A stretch of 64,000 nt of DNA from an uncultured Candidatus Actinomarina sp. (GTDB lineage: Bacteria; Actinomycetota; Acidimicrobiia; Actinomarinales; Actinomarinaceae), in NCBI GenBank assembly GCA_902526825.1, contig CABZMN010000001.1, positions 139,042 to 203,041 on the forward strand. Direction: 5' to 3'. Positions 1 through 9,978 of the stretch are shown piece after piece. The notes below the pieces were generated by a model, which saw only the letters and a list, made by a program, of their open reading frames with translations, did not search any database and was not told where the DNA came from. Each line of letters starts with the position of its first letter. Positions within the stretch are counted from its first letter, which is position 1. Position numbers and translations under genes: made by a program.

Positions 1-2460
1 TTCTAATTTTTGTGCTGCAAGTTTTTCAGATGATGGAAGCGGATTCTTTTTGATAAAGCTTTTTATATCACCAGCAAATTCTTCGTCATATATTGCTGGA
101 AGTGCGTCTAAAATCCTTGATGCGGTCCAATCTGGCATAACACTTAGCAAGTCATTAAAATTTTCTTTAATTACCTTCCATGATTTTTCCCCGATATATT
201 TGTTGGTTATCATCGAAGCTAATATATATGGGCAATCTGCTCCGCGGATTCTTCCATCAAGCATAAATTCAACAATTTTTTTACTTGCATTTTGGTCTCT
301 TACTTGACCTAATACCGCTCTATACCTTCCTTGCATTTGAGGAGACTCTGCGTTTTCGAACTTTTCTAAAAAAATCTCAATTTTGTTTGTCTCATCAAGT
401 GCGGATATAAAAAGGATCGAGCTAAAAAATGTTCCTTCTGGAATAGACTCCATTTTATTTTCTTTAAAAATATCACTAAATTTTTTTATAAAGGCATCAT
501 CATCTAAATTTTTAGCTCTCAACTTGTTAATAGTATCTCTTACTTCTTTGATTTCTAATTCTTCGTCTTTTTTAACCTCAAATCCAAGCTCATTGTGCAA
601 CTCGTCAGTAAAGTCCCTTACAAAAGCTTTAAAACTATCAGAGTTATTAGATTCAAAAAGATTTGCTAATGTTGCTATTATCGAAGATATATAAATCCAG
701 ATGTCTTCGTCTTTCTCCTTTTTAAAAAACATTAAGAATTTATAAAAGTCTTTTATATCTGTTGGAGCTTTTTTAAATTGCATCCATTTATCTTCAAGCA
801 GTCTGTATTTTTCGAGATCATTTAGTTTGTCAAAATTTGCAAGTATATTTTCAAAAACCTCATCATCATAAAATGTATGAAAGAATCCCCAACCTCCACT
901 ATTTACATGAGGAACTTTACCTAAATTCTTTAAATCTATGACTCTTTCAGTTTCGTCTAGCAAAAATTTTTCTTCATTTCCTGTATCAAGAAACTTAATC
1001 TGAACAGGTACTGGTTTTATATTATTTTTATCAGTGTCTACATTCTTAAGAAGAAAAGGTTCTTGTTTAATTGTTAAAAAATTATTTGAGCAGTCTACTT
1101 GTAAAAAGGGATAACCTTTTTCTCTTATCCAAAAAGGTAGTATTTTATTGAGAGGTTGATTACTTGCCTCACTTAATGCATCCCATAAATCAGACGAGTT
1201 GGTATTTTCAAATTTAAATTTGTTTAAATAAGCTTCAACTCCATTTTGAAAAGCTTCTTCACCAATAAACATTTGAAACATTCTTAAAACAGTTGAACCT
1301 TTTTCGTAGGTGAGAACATCAAACATCTCTTCTGCTTGATCCGGAGTTTCAACATCAAACTCGACCGGTCTAGAATTTTCGAGTGAGTCTATAGAAAATC
1401 CAGCAGTTCTTGACATATTCATTGCGTTCCACTGTTTGAATTCAGGATATGTATTATATGATGCAATTACTTCCATCAGACTTGCAAATGCCTCATTTAA
1501 CCAGATTCCATCCCACCATTTCATAGTCACTAAATCTCCAAACCACATATGAGCAAGTTCATGAGCGATTACTGTGATTGATCTATCAAGTTCTGATCTA
1601 GTAGCTTTATCCTTATCAAATAAAAGCAAGTTCTCACGAAAAGTAACTGCTCCTACATTTTCCATAGCGCCCATTGCAAAGTCCGGGATAGCAATAAGAT
1701 CTAATTTAGTTCCTGGATAGGGAATCTTGTAATAATCTTCAAAAAAGTCTAAAAGTTTAATCGCAGCTGTTCCCGCGTAAGAAGTTTGGTGTGAAAACCC
1801 AGGTCTATGTATTATTCGTATATCTGTCGTTTTTGACTTTCCAACAACAGTAGCTTCAAGATCTCCTATTACAAAAGCTACAAGATATGATGACATTTTC
1901 ATCGAGTCTGCAAATTTAGTTCGTATTTTATTATTTTCTAATTTTTCTTCCTCGACAACCATTTCATTGCTGACTCTTAAATACTTTTCATCAGTTATTA
2001 TTGTGATTGAAAATATAGCTTTATATTCAGGTTCGTCCCAGCAGGGGAAAGCCGATCTTGCTGCAGTTGGTTCAAATTGTGTGGTAGCAATCCATTTTTT
2101 TTCACCATCTTCAGACATGTAGCTACTTTTATAAAAGCCTTTAAGGTCATTTGTAATTTCCGAATTGAATTCAAGATATAATTCGCAAACACCTTCACTC
2201 AATGTCTCTTGTGATTCAAAAACTATTTTTTCATCCTCCTCTATATAATTAATTTCTAAAGGAATATCTTGTTTGGTAGTTTGAATTTTTGCTTTTGTAA
2301 CTTCAATTCCAACGCTATTTAAAACAATATTGTTTGTTGCTTCTACAATATTTAAATCGACTTTTTGTGCCCCGGTATATGAGAAATTATCTAAATCAAC
2401 ATCAAGTTCGATTTCGTATCTATTGGGATAAGTTGATTTGGGCAACCTCTTTTTATTCAT
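1..2460 (-). CDS. pepN: Aminopeptidase N (M1 family), partial; C-terminus lies beyond the window start
   Basis: The minus-strand frame is open from the ATG at 2460 to the window edge. It is absent from the ORF track because there is no in-window stop. Translation gives 'TVIAHELAHMWFGDLVTMKWWDGIWLNEAFAS', the HEXXH-(18)-E gluzincin signature of M1 aminopeptidases. The N-terminus 'MNKKRLPKSTYPNRYEIELDVD' is typical of PepN. Confidence 0.8.
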   Translation of the reverse strand, partial: MNKKRLPKSTYPNRYEIELDVDLDNFSYTGAQKVDLNIVEATNNIVLNSVGIEVTKAKIQTTKQDIPLEINYIEEDEKIVFESQETLSEGVCELYLEFNSEITNDLKGFYKSSYMSEDGEKKWIATTQFEPTAARSAFPCWDEPEYKAIFSITIITDEKYLRVSNEMVVEEEKLENNKIRTKFADSMKMSSYLVAFVIGDLEATVVGKSKTTDIRIIHRPGFSHQTSYAGTAAIKLLDFFEDYYKIPYPGTKLDLIAIPDFAMGAMENVGAVTFRENLLLFDKDKATRSELDRSITVIAHELAHMWFGDLVTMKWWDGIWLNEAFASLMEVIASYNTYPEFKQWNAMNMSRTAGFSIDSLENSRPVEFDVETPDQAEEMFDVLTYEKGSTVLRMFQMFIGEEAFQNGVEAYLNKFKFENTNSSDLWDALSEASNQPLNKILPFWIREKGYPFLQVDCSNNFLTIKQEPFLLKNVDTDKNNIKPVPVQIKFLDTGNEEKFLLDETERVIDLKNLGKVPHVNSGGWGFFHTFYDDEVFENILANFDKLNDLEKYRLLEDKWMQFKKAPTDIKDFYKFLMFFKKEKDEDIWIYISSIIATLANLFESNNSDSFKAFVRDFTDELHNELGFEVKKDEELEIKEVRDTINKLRAKNLDDDAFIKKFSDIFKENKMESIPEGTFFSSILFISALDETNKIEIFLEKFENAESPQMQGRYRAVLGQVRDQNASKKIVEFMLDGRIRGADCPYILASMITNKYIGEKSWKVIKENFNDLLSVMPDWTASRILDALPAIYDEEFAGDIKSFIKKNPLPSSEKLAAQKLE

Positions 2461-2469
2461 TAAGTTAAC

Positions 2470-3819
2470 TTAATCCCAATCAATATTTATGTCGTTGGAT
2501 GAGTCAATTAGTTGAACTTTGTGTCTTCCAAAAAAATCTCTTTGAGCCTGAATCATGTTCGATGGATTATCTACAGAAGTCACATTATTGAACCAATTTA
2601 AAGATGCTGATAGTACAGGTGTTGGTATGTTGTATTTAGTTGTTATTTGCAGAACTTTGCTGATAGATACTCGGTTTTTGTTCAAAGTACTAAAAATATT
2701 ATTTAAATTAAATACATCATTATTTTCGCTAAATTCTTTTTTTAATTCGGATAATAAATTGGATCTAATGATGCATCCTCCACTCCAATTGTCAAGAACT
2801 TCTAGGATTGATATGTTATGATCTTCATCATTACTAAATTTTGATATTAATTCTAAACCTTGAATCATTGAGCACACTCTAGAAAAATATAGTGCATCAC
2901 TGAGTTCTTTAGTAGATATATCCTCACTTATTAGTTCCTGCTTAATTTTTGGTGCGTATTGATTACTACTCTGAACACGTGCATCGTAAGAGGCTGCAAT
3001 AGAGGGAATTGACACATTTAATGCTAATGAAGTTTGTATTGTCAGTCTTCCAGTACCTTTATTTTGTGCGACTGGTTTTATTTGATCAATAATAAATTTA
3101 TCTCTATCTTTTTTTTGAAGAATTTCTGATGTGATTTCAATAAGGTAAGATGATTTACTCTTTTCTGTTTGAGAGGAAAAGAAATTGGACATATCCTCAT
3201 TTGTTTTATTCAAATTTTTCAATATTAAATATATCTCAGCGATTGTTTGCATCTCAGCATATTCAATGCCATTATGTACCATTTTTATAAAGTGACCTGT
3301 TCCGGGACCTTGATATACTCCCAAGCACTCAACTTCACTTTTTGCAGCAATTATTTTGAGTGTATCTAATAGAGAAGTCTCTAAAGATAAATCTGAACCA
3401 ACCATTAATGCAGGGCCATTACGTGCACCATCTTCACCGCCTGAAACTCCCATTCCAATAAAATGTATAGATTTTTCTGAGAGATACTTTCCGTTATCAA
3501 TACTGTCTAAATAAAAAGAATTACCTCCATCAATAATCATGCTTCCCTCTTCCATTAAATCAGCCAGTCTTTCTATTACTTCCCTAGTTGCTTTGCCTGA
3601 TGGGACCATAAGTAATATTATTTTTGGGGTTTCTAAGCTCTCAACAAATTCTTCAAGATTGGTGTAGCCTATAAATTCATTTGAAAATTCTTTCTTAATG
3701 TCATCAAGTTTTTTCATTGAATCATTGAACGATTTAATTGTTATTCCTTTATCTGATAAATTTAGAGCTATATTTTTACCCATGACACCAAGGCCAACTA
3801 ATCCAATTTCATTCACCAT
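2470..3819 (-). CDS. gnd: 6-phosphogluconate dehydrogenase (decarboxylating)
   Basis: 449 aa. N-terminal Rossmann motif 'IGLVGLGVMGKNIALN', and similarity throughout the body and C-terminal domain to Gnd. Confidence 0.85.
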   Translation of the reverse strand: MVNEIGLVGLGVMGKNIALNLSDKGITIKSFNDSMKKLDDIKKEFSNEFIGYTNLEEFVESLETPKIILLMVPSGKATREVIERLADLMEEGSMIIDGGNSFYLDSIDNGKYLSEKSIHFIGMGVSGGEDGARNGPALMVGSDLSLETSLLDTLKIIAAKSEVECLGVYQGPGTGHFIKMVHNGIEYAEMQTIAEIYLILKNLNKTNEDMSNFFSSQTEKSKSSYLIEITSEILQKKDRDKFIIDQIKPVAQNKGTGRLTIQTSLALNVSIPSIAASYDARVQSSNQYAPKIKQELISEDISTKELSDALYFSRVCSMIQGLELISKFSNDEDHNISILEVLDNWSGGCIIRSNLLSELKKEFSENNDVFNLNNIFSTLNKNRVSISKVLQITTKYNIPTPVLSASLNWFNNVTSVDNPSNMIQAQRDFFGRHKVQLIDSSNDINIDWD

Positions 3820-5137
3820 TTATATTCTTTTCCATTATTTTAAGACTTAGAAGCCTGTCGACTAATTTATCTCTCATCTCTAATTCTAAGACTAAGTAAT
3901 TTGATTCATTCCTAACATTAAGGATTTTTCCAAATTTGGCAACAGTGTCTAATTTTGATGGATTGATTTGGTAAGACCCGAGGCTAACAATACCAAAAAT
4001 TTCTTCCGCGATTCTATCTTTTAATAAATCTAGTCCGTCGTTTTTTAGAGATGAGACAAATAATGCTTGAGGGTAGGATTCTTTAAGTTGATTTAATGTT
4101 GCCTTGTCAATCTTATCAATCTTATTAAATACCATAATTTCATTAGATTTCGCATCAATTTGTTTGAGAATACTAACAACCGTGTTGATATGCATCTCAG
4201 GAAGTGCAGTGGCGGCATCAACAACGTGAACTAGCAAATCAGCTTTTGTCGCAACCATTAATGTTGATTTAAATGATTCTATTAATGTAGTGGGAAGATT
4301 TTGAATAAACCCAACTGTGTCCGAAAGTATTAAAGGATCTTGAATATCCTTAATTCTTAATTCTCTTTGCAAAGAGTCAACAGTAGCAAAGAGTTCATCA
4401 GCAGCGTAAGCATCAGAATTAGTTAATTTCTTTAATAAAGTAGATTTACCAGCATTTGTATAACCAACAATTGATACCAATGGAATATTATTTTTCTCTC
4501 TTGAGCTTGATTGAACGTTTCTCTGTTTCTCTATCTTTTTTAATTCTTTTTTTAATTTATTTATACGATTATCGATAAGCCTGCTATCTGTTTCTAATTT
4601 GGTTTCACCTGGACCTCTTGTTCCAATTCCACCACCCTGTTGATTCAAGGTTTTGCCAAGTCCAGCTAATCTTGGCTTTAAATACACAGACATTGCAAGC
4701 TCAACTTGTAATGAGGCTTCTTTAGATTGAGCATGTAGTGAAAATATATCCAGTATCAAACCAGTTCTATCAACAACATCACATTGAAAAATCGTTCTTA
4801 GTTCTTTTTGTTGGTTTGGTGTCAGTTCGCAATCAAATATTACTACGTCAATATCATTCGATTTAGAAATGTCTTCTAATTCCTTTATCGAACCTTTGCC
4901 AATAAATGTTTTTGGATCGATTTTATCAACACGTTTAGTTTGGACAATATATGGAGTCGAACCAGCAGTTTTTACTAAATTTGTAAGTTCTTTAAGAGAT
5001 TCTTCTTTATCTGCTCGAGTTTCATTTTTTAAAATTATTCCAACCAAAAGAGCTCTCTGTACAGTTACAAAGATATCCCTATCAGATACCGTCAGTAATC
5101 GTCTATCAACCTGGTTTGGATTATTTCTTTCGTTCAA
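3809..5137 (-). CDS. hflX: GTPase HflX
   Basis: 442 aa. HflX N-domain 'RALLVGI', G1 motif 'GYTNAGKSTLLKKLT', and G3/G4 motifs. Overlaps gnd by 11 bp. Confidence 0.85.
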   Translation of the reverse strand: MNERNNPNQVDRRLLTVSDRDIFVTVQRALLVGIILKNETRADKEESLKELTNLVKTAGSTPYIVQTKRVDKIDPKTFIGKGSIKELEDISKSNDIDVVIFDCELTPNQQKELRTIFQCDVVDRTGLILDIFSLHAQSKEASLQVELAMSVYLKPRLAGLGKTLNQQGGGIGTRGPGETKLETDSRLIDNRINKLKKELKKIEKQRNVQSSSREKNNIPLVSIVGYTNAGKSTLLKKLTNSDAYAADELFATVDSLQRELRIKDIQDPLILSDTVGFIQNLPTTLIESFKSTLMVATKADLLVHVVDAATALPEMHINTVVSILKQIDAKSNEIMVFNKIDKIDKATLNQLKESYPQALFVSSLKNDGLDLLKDRIAEEIFGIVSLGSYQINPSKLDTVAKFGKILNVRNESNYLVLELEMRDKLVDRLLSLKIMEKNINGE

Positions 5138-5188
5138 TTACTCATTAATTTCTAATTTAATGTTATCTATATTAATAAATAAAACTAG

Positions 5189-5280
5189 CGGAGGTGGACG
5201 GGAATCGAACCCGCCAAAGACACTTAAGCCTTTCAACAGTTTTGAAGACTGTGGAGCCCACCAGGCGCTCATTCACCTCC
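5189..5280 (-). tRNA. selC: tRNA-Sec (anticodon UCA), long variable arm, ~92 nt
   Basis: The reverse complement reads GGAGGTGAATGAGCGCCTGGTGGGCTCCACAGTCTTCAAAACTGTTGAAAGGCTTAAGTGTCTTTGGCGGGTTCGATTCCCGTCCACCTCCG. The anticodon stem ACAGT/ACTGT flanks the loop CTTCAAA, giving anticodon UCA, the same loop as E. coli selC. It has a long extra arm (AAAGGC..GTCTTT), a GGTTCGATTCC T-loop, an extended ~8-bp acceptor stem and G73. CCA is not encoded. Confidence 0.65.
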
Positions 5281-5333
5281 ACAAATAAGACTAATTGTAT
5301 AAAAACTAAATTATCGAATACAATTATTAAATA

Positions 5334-5927
5334 ATGAATAATTTTTCTACAAACTTTGTAAAGCTTAGGGAAGAGAGAGGTCTTTCTATAAAGCAAGTAG
5401 CCTCTTTTACTGGGGCAACAGCAAAAGATGTAAAAAAATGGGAGTCTGGAACAAGCTTACCAACAGATACAAAAATAATAGCTGCGCTTGAAGGATTATT
5501 GGGAAAAGAAATTTCTCAAACTTTAGAATCAAATAACTTTAAACCAATCAAAACTTCAGAAAAAATAATTGAAGACTCATTATTTACAATAGACAAAGAA
5601 AAGAATGTTGATCTAAAGTCTGGAATATTTAATAGATTTAAATCAGACAAAGAAAAGAAGCAGAAAAATACTACATCAGAAATGAATGTCTTTGATGTTT
5701 ATTCAGATAAAGAAGTTATTGATGATGACAAAAAAATTGATTTTGATGAATTATATGAAAATGCATTAGAAGAAAGACCTTATATTGGAGATCCAAAACA
5801 ATTATCATTTTATTTTTCTAGGAACATAAAAACATTCATTTCTGTAAGCATACTTTTATATATTGCAGTAAAAGCATTCCAAATGTTTTTAAATTCTTTC
5901 AACTTATTTATTGATAATCTTTTATGA
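5334..5927 (+). CDS. XRE-family helix-turn-helix protein with C-terminal transmembrane anchor
   Basis: N-terminal HTH 'LREERGLSIKQVASFTGATAKDVKKWESG', a Lys/Asp-rich middle, and a C-terminal hydrophobic segment 'FISVSILLYIAVKAFQMF'. Its stop overlaps the next gene (ATGA). Confidence 0.5.
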   Translation: MNNFSTNFVKLREERGLSIKQVASFTGATAKDVKKWESGTSLPTDTKIIAALEGLLGKEISQTLESNNFKPIKTSEKIIEDSLFTIDKEKNVDLKSGIFNRFKSDKEKKQKNTTSEMNVFDVYSDKEVIDDDKKIDFDELYENALEERPYIGDPKQLSFYFSRNIKTFISVSILLYIAVKAFQMFLNSFNLFIDNLL

Positions 5928-6826
5928 AATTACATACTCTAGCAACAGCAGGCCTTGTAACCTCAATTCTCTCAATTCTTGCAGGAGCAATTGTTAGAGC
6001 AACAGGATCTGGAGACGGATGTGGAGCATCTTGGCCAACTTGTAATGGAAGAGTAGTTCCAAGTCTTGGTACCACATCTGAGATTATTGAATTTAGTCAT
6101 AGGTCTGTCAGTGGAGTTTTGTTAATTATTACAATTATGTTGTTTTTAAAAAGTAGAGATTCAAATACGCAATTGCTTCAAAAAAAAATTATAAACTACT
6201 TAACTTTTTTTGTTTTACTGGAAGCTTTAATAGGGGCAGTAATTGTAATTTATGAATGGGTAGGTCTGAATTCATCATTACCAAGAATTATCGCAGTACC
6301 ACTACACCTAGTAAATACCTTTGCACTTTTAGGGTTCTATACTTTAATTTATTTTCTTCTAAATGAATCAAAAAGTAGCTTAAATTATTTTTTTGATCAG
6401 AGATTAAAGATTGCATTCATCTTGTTCTTCTTAACCGGAGCGACGGGTTCAATTACAGCATTGGCAGACGTACTATTTCCAAGCGCATCATTTATTGAAG
6501 GACTTGCAGACGATTTTGACTCAACAAGTGAACTACTTACAAGATTGAGAATAGTTCATCCAATAGTGTCGATAATTCTATCAATTTTTCTGTTTTCGGA
6601 ATCGAATAGGTTGAGTAAAGAATTCGGAATTAAAACTCAAAGTATAAAATTGTTAATTTACACTGGTGTAGCACTTGGAACATTAAATGTAGTGTCAAAT
6701 ATTATTTTGCCCTTAAGCATCCTTCATTTGTTACTAGCTGACCTCTTGTGGATTACATATATATATAAATCAGCCAAAAAATCAGTATTGTTAGAAAACA
6801 CTGAAAATATTGGAGAATTTAATTAG
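5924..6826 (+). CDS. ctaA: Heme A synthase (COX15/CtaA family)
   Basis: 300 aa polytopic membrane protein. N-terminal loop 'RATGSGDGCGASWPTCNG' matches the CtaA Cys-pair motif, and 'EFSHRSV' is the heme-ligand His motif. Multiple TM helices. Confidence 0.65.
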   Translation: MKLHTLATAGLVTSILSILAGAIVRATGSGDGCGASWPTCNGRVVPSLGTTSEIIEFSHRSVSGVLLIITIMLFLKSRDSNTQLLQKKIINYLTFFVLLEALIGAVIVIYEWVGLNSSLPRIIAVPLHLVNTFALLGFYTLIYFLLNESKSSLNYFFDQRLKIAFILFFLTGATGSITALADVLFPSASFIEGLADDFDSTSELLTRLRIVHPIVSIILSIFLFSESNRLSKEFGIKTQSIKLLIYTGVALGTLNVVSNIILPLSILHLLLADLLWITYIYKSAKKSVLLENTENIGEFN

Positions 6827-6893
6827 CTTTAAATTAAAAACAGCTCTATCCTTACTTTTCGGTAACTAGAAATTAAATTTAAAGGTCAAAACA

Positions 6894-7949
6894 ATGGTGA
6901 CAAAAACAATCCCATCTAAACCTAAAGCTTCAAAAATGGAAGCAGAAATTTCTGCTGAGGAAGATTCATTAACCCCTGAGCAAGAAGCTGAAGCTAGAGA
7001 AAAAGCAAAATCATTGGTTAAGAAACTTGCTGACGATAAAGGAAAACTTACAACCGATTTAGTTAGCCAATATCTTACTGCTATCGGAAACTTTGATCTT
7101 TTAACTGCTGAGCAAGAAGTTGAATTAGCCCAAAAAATTGAATCTGGTGAAAAAGCTGCGGTTAAATTAACTAAAAAGCAATATAAAGATAAAAAAGGTG
7201 AAATTAGGTTAAAGCGACACCGAAAAAAAGGAGCTGAAGCAAAAGACGCGTTCCTAACTGCTAACTTGAGACTTGTAGTCGCAAATGCTCGAAGATATGC
7301 AAACACTTCTGGAATTGACTTTTTAGATTTAATTCAAGAAGGGAACTTAGGATTAATAAGAGCAGTTGAAAAATTCGATTGGAGAAAAGGATTTAAGTTT
7401 TCAACTTATGCAACATGGTGGATCAGACAAGCAATTACAAGAGCAATTGCTGATAAATCAAGAACAGTAAGGATACCTGTACACTTGCACGATACAATGG
7501 CTGCTGTCAGAGCCGCTCAAGCACAATTAAAAGCTGAACTTGGAAGAGATCCAAAACCACAAGAAATAGCAAAAGAAGCAGGTGTTGGTGTAGACAAAGT
7601 TGAATTAGCTTTGAGCGTAGCTGATACTGTTTCTCTGGAGCAACCTGTCGGAGAAGATGGAGCTCAACTTGGAGATTTTATACAAGATGAAGATGCAAGT
7701 GATCCATCATTAATCGTACAAGATCTTGATGTCGCTGAAAGTTTACGAGATAGTATTAGTAGGCTACCCGAAAGAGAAGGAAGAATACTAGCTCTCAGAT
7801 ATGGTTTCTTTGATGGTGTACCAAGAACTTTAGAAGAAATTGGTGAAGAATTTGATTTAACTAGAGAAAGAATCAGACAGCTTGAAAAACTTGCACTTTG
7901 TAGGTTAAGACATCCTTCATTTGGAATTAGAGAGCAAGACCTAGTTTAA
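6894..7949 (+). CDS. RNA polymerase sigma-70 family factor (RpoD/SigA-SigB group 1/2)
   Basis: 351 aa. Region 2 '[41 protein letters not shown]', region 3 '[12 protein letters not shown]', and region 4 '[19 protein letters not shown]'. Short acidic N-terminus, with no long region 1.1. Confidence 0.85.
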   Translation: MVTKTIPSKPKASKMEAEISAEEDSLTPEQEAEAREKAKSLVKKLADDKGKLTTDLVSQYLTAIGNFDLLTAEQEVELAQKIESGEKAAVKLTKKQYKDKKGEIRLKRHRKKGAEAKDAFLTANLRLVVANARRYANTSGIDFLDLIQEGNLGLIRAVEKFDWRKGFKFSTYATWWIRQAITRAIADKSRTVRIPVHLHDTMAAVRAAQAQLKAELGRDPKPQEIAKEAGVGVDKVELALSVADTVSLEQPVGEDGAQLGDFIQDEDASDPSLIVQDLDVAESLRDSISRLPEREGRILALRYGFFDGVPRTLEEIGEEFDLTRERIRQLEKLALCRLRHPSFGIREQDLV

Positions 7950-8492
7950 TTTAGAAATAATTTCCTCTAAATCTTCAATACTTTCAAAATAATTTATAAA
8001 CTTTTTATCAAGTTCCATATTCTCGGGAAAATTATCAATAATTTCTTTCCAAAAATCTTTTTTCAAGTAAATGGGGATTAAGTCATAGTCTTTATTAATG
8101 TTGTACAAATAATTTGAGTTCCAAGCAACAAAAAGCTCGGTAAGTGTTCCAATTTTACCCGGTAACACTATGAAAGCTTTTGATTCGTTCAGCAAATAAT
8201 GAATTCGATTTGATAAACTTTCAGCTTTAATTTCATTGTTTACATATGAATTAGGGGTACGTTCGAAACCTTTACTTGCTTTATCTGAAAACAATGTTGG
8301 TACAGTAATTCCGGTAACTGTAACTCCTTGCTTCGCTGCTCCTTTTGATACGGCTTCCATAGTCCCCTGATACCCACCGGTTGCAACATTATGTCCATAT
8401 TTACCGATCAAGCTACCAACACTTTCAGCAAATTCATACTCTGAATCACCTTCTTTGCATCTTGAAGATCCAAATACTGTAATTTGTTTCAT
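7941..8492 (-). CDS. LOG family protein (TIGR00730, cytokinin riboside 5'-monophosphate phosphoribohydrolase-like)
   Basis: 183 aa. '[21 protein letters not shown]' and '[16 protein letters not shown]' match the LOG GGGxGxMG and PGGxGTxxE motifs. Confidence 0.75.
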   Translation of the reverse strand: MKQITVFGSSRCKEGDSEYEFAESVGSLIGKYGHNVATGGYQGTMEAVSKGAAKQGVTVTGITVPTLFSDKASKGFERTPNSYVNNEIKAESLSNRIHYLLNESKAFIVLPGKIGTLTELFVAWNSNYLYNINKDYDLIPIYLKKDFWKEIIDNFPENMELDKKFINYFESIEDLEEIISKLN

Positions 8493-8541
8493 ATAGAAAG
8501 ATTACAGACGCTCAATCATATAGAAGTGTAAAATAAAATAA

Positions 8542-9978
8542 ATGTTTAATGAAATAAACAAAAGTATTGATGCAGCAATAAGCTCAGGTGCACAATACGC
8601 TGACGCAAGAATTCTAATATCAAAAAGTAGAGATATATCTTCAAAAGACGGTGAGTTGGAAGATTTTAGTAACTCTGAAAACATGGGTTTAGGTATACGA
8701 GCCTTAGTGGGATCGTCATGGGGGTTTTATGCTACTTATGACCTATCAGATGAGTCACTAAAGGAGGCTGGAAAAAAAGCATATTTAATTGCAAAAGCAT
8801 CTTCTAAGGTACCAGGTAAAGATTTTCCATTAGCTGATGTTCCAATTGTAAAAGATGAATATGTAACACCACATAAACAAAATCCTTTTAAGGTTTCGAC
8901 AACTGATCAAATAGATTTAATAGTTTCTTCAACTCATGAAATGAAAAAAATAGGTAGCTCCAGAGCCTTTGGAAGGCTAAATTTTTGGGATACTGAGAAG
9001 TGGTTTGCATCGAGCCAGGGTCATGAAATATACCAGAACATAATTGAATCTGGTGGTGGCATTTCTTCCTTGAGTATTGGTGATGGAGAAACACAAATAC
9101 GATCATATCCACAATCTTTTGGTGAATACAGAACAGGAGGATGGGAAGTCATTCAAAGTTTTAAATTTTTAGATCATGTTGAGAGAATTTCTGAAGAATC
9201 TAAAAGACTTTTAACATCTCCACAATGTCCTGAGGGAACAAGAGATTTGATTTTAGAAGGCAGTCAACTTGCACTTCAGATACATGAGTCAGTTGGTCAT
9301 GCGATTGAGCTAGATAGAATTTTAGGTTGGGAAGCTGCATATGCTGGTACGTCTCACCTTGAACTTAGTAAATTAAATGAGCATAAATATGGTTCACCAT
9401 TAATGAATATAGTTGCAGATGCTACCTTGCCCGGAGCTTTAGCAACGTTCAAATATGATGATGAAGGAACTCCTGCCCAAAGAGTAGACATTGTTAAAGA
9501 GGGGATATGGAAGGGAGTATTGACTGGACGCGATAGTGCAGCCATTGCCGGTGTTAGTCCAGGAGGAATGGTAAGAGCTGATGGATATGGAAGGTTGCCA
9601 ATGGTTAGGATGACAAATGTTGGCCTTCTTCCAGGTGATTCATCTTTAGATGAAATAATTTCTTCAACAGACGATGGTGTATATATGGAAACAAATCGTT
9701 CGTGGTCAATAGATGATTTAAGGTTAAATTTTCAATTTGGATGTGAAGTTGGGTGGCTTGTTAAAAATGGGAAGATAACCGACATGGTTAAAAATCCGAC
9801 TTATACAGGTATTACTCCTAATTTCTGGGGGAGTATGGATATGCTGGCTGGTGAAGATGAATGGATATTTTGGGGAACACCAAATTGTGGTAAAGGGCAA
9901 CCAAGCCAAATAGGACACACTGGTCACCCAGCTTCTCCAGCACGATTCAAAAATGTGAGAATTGGTGTAAGAGGATGA
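8542..9978 (+). CDS. tldD: Metalloprotease TldD
   Basis: 478 aa of the TldD/PmbA family with 'HESVGHAIELDR' (HExxxH) and Gly-rich C-terminal motifs. Confidence 0.8.
   Translation: MFNEINKSIDAAISSGAQYADARILISKSRDISSKDGELEDFSNSENMGLGIRALVGSSWGFYATYDLSDESLKEAGKKAYLIAKASSKVPGKDFPLADVPIVKDEYVTPHKQNPFKVSTTDQIDLIVSSTHEMKKIGSSRAFGRLNFWDTEKWFASSQGHEIYQNIIESGGGISSLSIGDGETQIRSYPQSFGEYRTGGWEVIQSFKFLDHVERISEESKRLLTSPQCPEGTRDLILEGSQLALQIHESVGHAIELDRILGWEAAYAGTSHLELSKLNEHKYGSPLMNIVADATLPGALATFKYDDEGTPAQRVDIVKEGIWKGVLTGRDSAAIAGVSPGGMVRADGYGRLPMVRMTNVGLLPGDSSLDEIISSTDDGVYMETNRSWSIDDLRLNFQFGCEVGWLVKNGKITDMVKNPTYTGITPNFWGSMDMLAGEDEWIFWGTPNCGKGQPSQIGHTGHPASPARFKNVRIGVRG

Noticed and set aside
50-694. Plus-strand ORFs 50..307 and 383..694 at the window start
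   Set aside because: They lie antisense inside the pepN coding region, which has a clear HEXXH...E gluzincin motif on the minus strand. Their composition is low-complexity Ser/Leu/Ile, typical of antisense frames in AT-rich DNA.
5137-5334. selC as a pathogenicity-island-type insertion hotspot
   Set aside because: Both flanks are conserved housekeeping or core genes (hflX on the 3' side, a ctaA operon on the other). There are no integrase remnants and no repeats.
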